Positions 61,676 to 64,000 of a DNA stretch of 64,000 nt are shown piece after piece. The DNA lies in the NCBI RefSeq assembly GCF_021869535.1, contig NW_026262637.1, positions 27,466,001-27,530,000 on the forward strand, given 5' to 3'. The notes below the pieces were generated by a model. That model made no database searches, was not told the DNA's origin, and worked only from the letters and a program-made list of their open reading frames with translations. A program made the translations under genes and the position numbers. The number at the start of each line of letters is the position of its first letter. Within the stretch, counting starts at the first letter, position 1. This stretch comes from Mytilus californianus. Lineage: Eukaryota.

Positions 61676-64000
61676 CTTTTAAAGAAATAAACAGAAAATA
61701 ATTGACATAAGTATCTGTAAAAGCACACAAATCTATGTCGGTGTGGATTAGTCAAAATAAAATATAAAATATAAAATAAAATTACACTATTGCCTTACAG
61801 AGTAATTTCAACACACTATTTTGTATTAAAATGAAAATAATATTAACGAAATAATGACAACTTAAATTATATTTAAATGGGAATGAAGTCCCATATTCAG
61901 GCATATGATTCTATGCAGTTTCATACACAACTAATGTGGTAAATAAGAGAATTTATGTGGTTCTCTTTAATTTTCTATTGATACTATAGTATTGTCAATT
62001 GAGTTTGGTGTTCAAACATTTAAGGGTTCTGTTTGGGTGATATCACCTTTTAATTAGATTTTTTGTAATTTTTTATTTATTTGAACAACCAGGTAACAAT
62101 GTATGTAGTTATTTTACATAAAAGTCCTCTTTCTCCATCCCACTCTGGTTTCATTTTGAAGTTTCTTCGAATTAGCTATCGTGTAAGTCTGGGTTTTCTT
62201 TCTTTGTAACAAAATCGATTACTAGTATTTAAACGAAAATGAATTGGTTCGTTGTATCACATATGATTACCAAGTATTTCATGTTAACATATAAATTACA
62301 TTTAAATTACATTCCCTGTGTTATCCTCTGAATTCACGTAGATGGTATAACTTTGCTTTGTCATAATGCTGCTAAAAGTTGCTTGATATTTTATATAAAA
62401 ATAGATAATATACATTTTCAAAATTCTTTAAAGCAACCTGTTAGTGGAGTGAGTTGCTTTGTTACTAAAACTGTTACCAATATGTCTTAATTTGTTTATG
62501 GCATACTGATCATACTCTTTAATATCTAAATTTTTGAACAAGTAAGATACAATTTTTAAATAGGATGGTAGATGAATATAGGCAACAGTAAATCGATGTT
62601 TAAACCTTGTGTATCGATTAAGAATACAAATAAAGGTCACAAACGAAAAATAATGGAATCGCCTAAACCCTAAAAAGAGCGAGACCGAGAGCGTCGACAG
62701 GGTAACCTTCTCCCCGCTATGCACACATCATATCATTAATTTTTTAGATACTTGATTTTATATCAGATTTCATGAAGTCAATGATGTCTTCCTCATTGTA
62801 CGCTGTGTCTGCATATGCCTATCAGGCTTCTTTAAGATATTTCATCATTTCAACATTTTAAAAAAAAGCAGCATCAACGGAAGAAGCAATTTCCCAAAAT
62901 ATTTCACATTTTATCTAGAGAAAACAAACATTTTCCCAGAAAGAACAATGATAGTGAATCTTTGTGCGAAGAAATCCAGAAAACATAAATGTTTCACTCC
63001 TTATCCAGAAACAACGCCTTAGGTAGACCACACACATTCGAGAACTAAAAACATTTTTAATAACAAAACAATCAACTCGAGCTATGGATTGTTATTAACA
63101 ATGCAAAAGAAGAAACTGCTGGTGTTGCAAAGATGTATTCTTTCTTTGTAAAACGCACATGCTATCTTGATCTTTTTGAGATAAATTTTTTTAATTTGGC
63201 AATTTAAGATTTCAACAATATCTTTACTGACTTAACTAACGCTAAAACCCAACATTTTAACTACTTGAACTCGCTAGGACTTTACAACCAAAACGGAATT
63301 ACAAAGAATAGCCAAATCTTTCTTATGCATTTATCAACAGAGAATTTAAGAAATGTATGTTATTAATCATGTCAACACAGAAGCACCCACTACCTAGCCG
63401 ATGATACAAATGTGGACTACAGTCCACCAACAGCGGTATCTACCAAGTGCTTCAAAATGAAAATAACACGATATAAGTTTGGTGTGTCCGAAACACAACT
63501 CAATTCATACAAAATATCAGCTCAATATCTGAATAAAAGTCAAACTAAAGTTGATCCACAAGACTACACGTGTGTTTAATTAAAAGTACGCTAACCTTAT
63601 ATAGAATTTGTAAATCAATCGCGAAACGCATATGTTATCTGTAGTTACTAATTATACTGTATGAATGAATAAAATACAATATTATATCTAAAACAGGATA
63701 ACAAAATACATAAAATTTCAAAAAACGGAAAGTCCATTAAAACTGACAAAATCAAACGGTATCAATCAACGGAACAAGTGAAAAACAAGTGCCATATTCC
63801 TGACTTGGAACAGGCATTCTCCGAAGAAAATGGTGGGTTAAACCTGGTTTTGTAGCTAGCTGAACTTTCCACTCGTATGACAATTGTTTATTCTGTAACA
63901 GCGCTATAAAACCAGGTTCAATCCACCATTTTCTACATAAGAAAATGCCTGTACCAAGTCAGGAATATGACAGTTGTTGTCCATTCGTTTGATGTGTTTG

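Noticed and set aside
62640-63560. Possible LINE 3' fragment or other coding remnant
   Set aside because: Only vague resemblance with many stops; no diagnostic motif could be read.

Overview
AT-rich, intron-containing animal genomic DNA. The interspersed repeats look like those of a bivalve, most like Mytilus (recognition, not a database result). No prokaryotic system is present. Hand-built gene models: (1) 3' part of a + strand gene for a Lys/Asp/Glu block protein ending in a polybasic CaaX box (KKSFSCTIL*); (2) a large - strand gene with 8 ShKT domains in four exon-shuffled pairs, a 692-codon PTS mucin exon and a CILP/carboxypeptidase-regulatory-like C-terminal domain; (3) a DUF1647 glycosyltransferase-like gene nested, same strand, in the intron just before that mucin exon; (4) a complete 7-exon Popeye-domain (BVES/POPDC) gene on +; (5) a signal peptide + coiled-coil + F-type lectin gene on -, with a tandem paralogue running off the window end. 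Mobile DNA includes Naiad-type Penelope-like RT remnants, a decayed PIF/Harbinger element, tRNA-head SINEs, MITEs and hammerhead-ribozyme-bearing repeats, one with an intact core. All splice models were checked for GT/GC-AG ends and phase only; there is no expression evidence.
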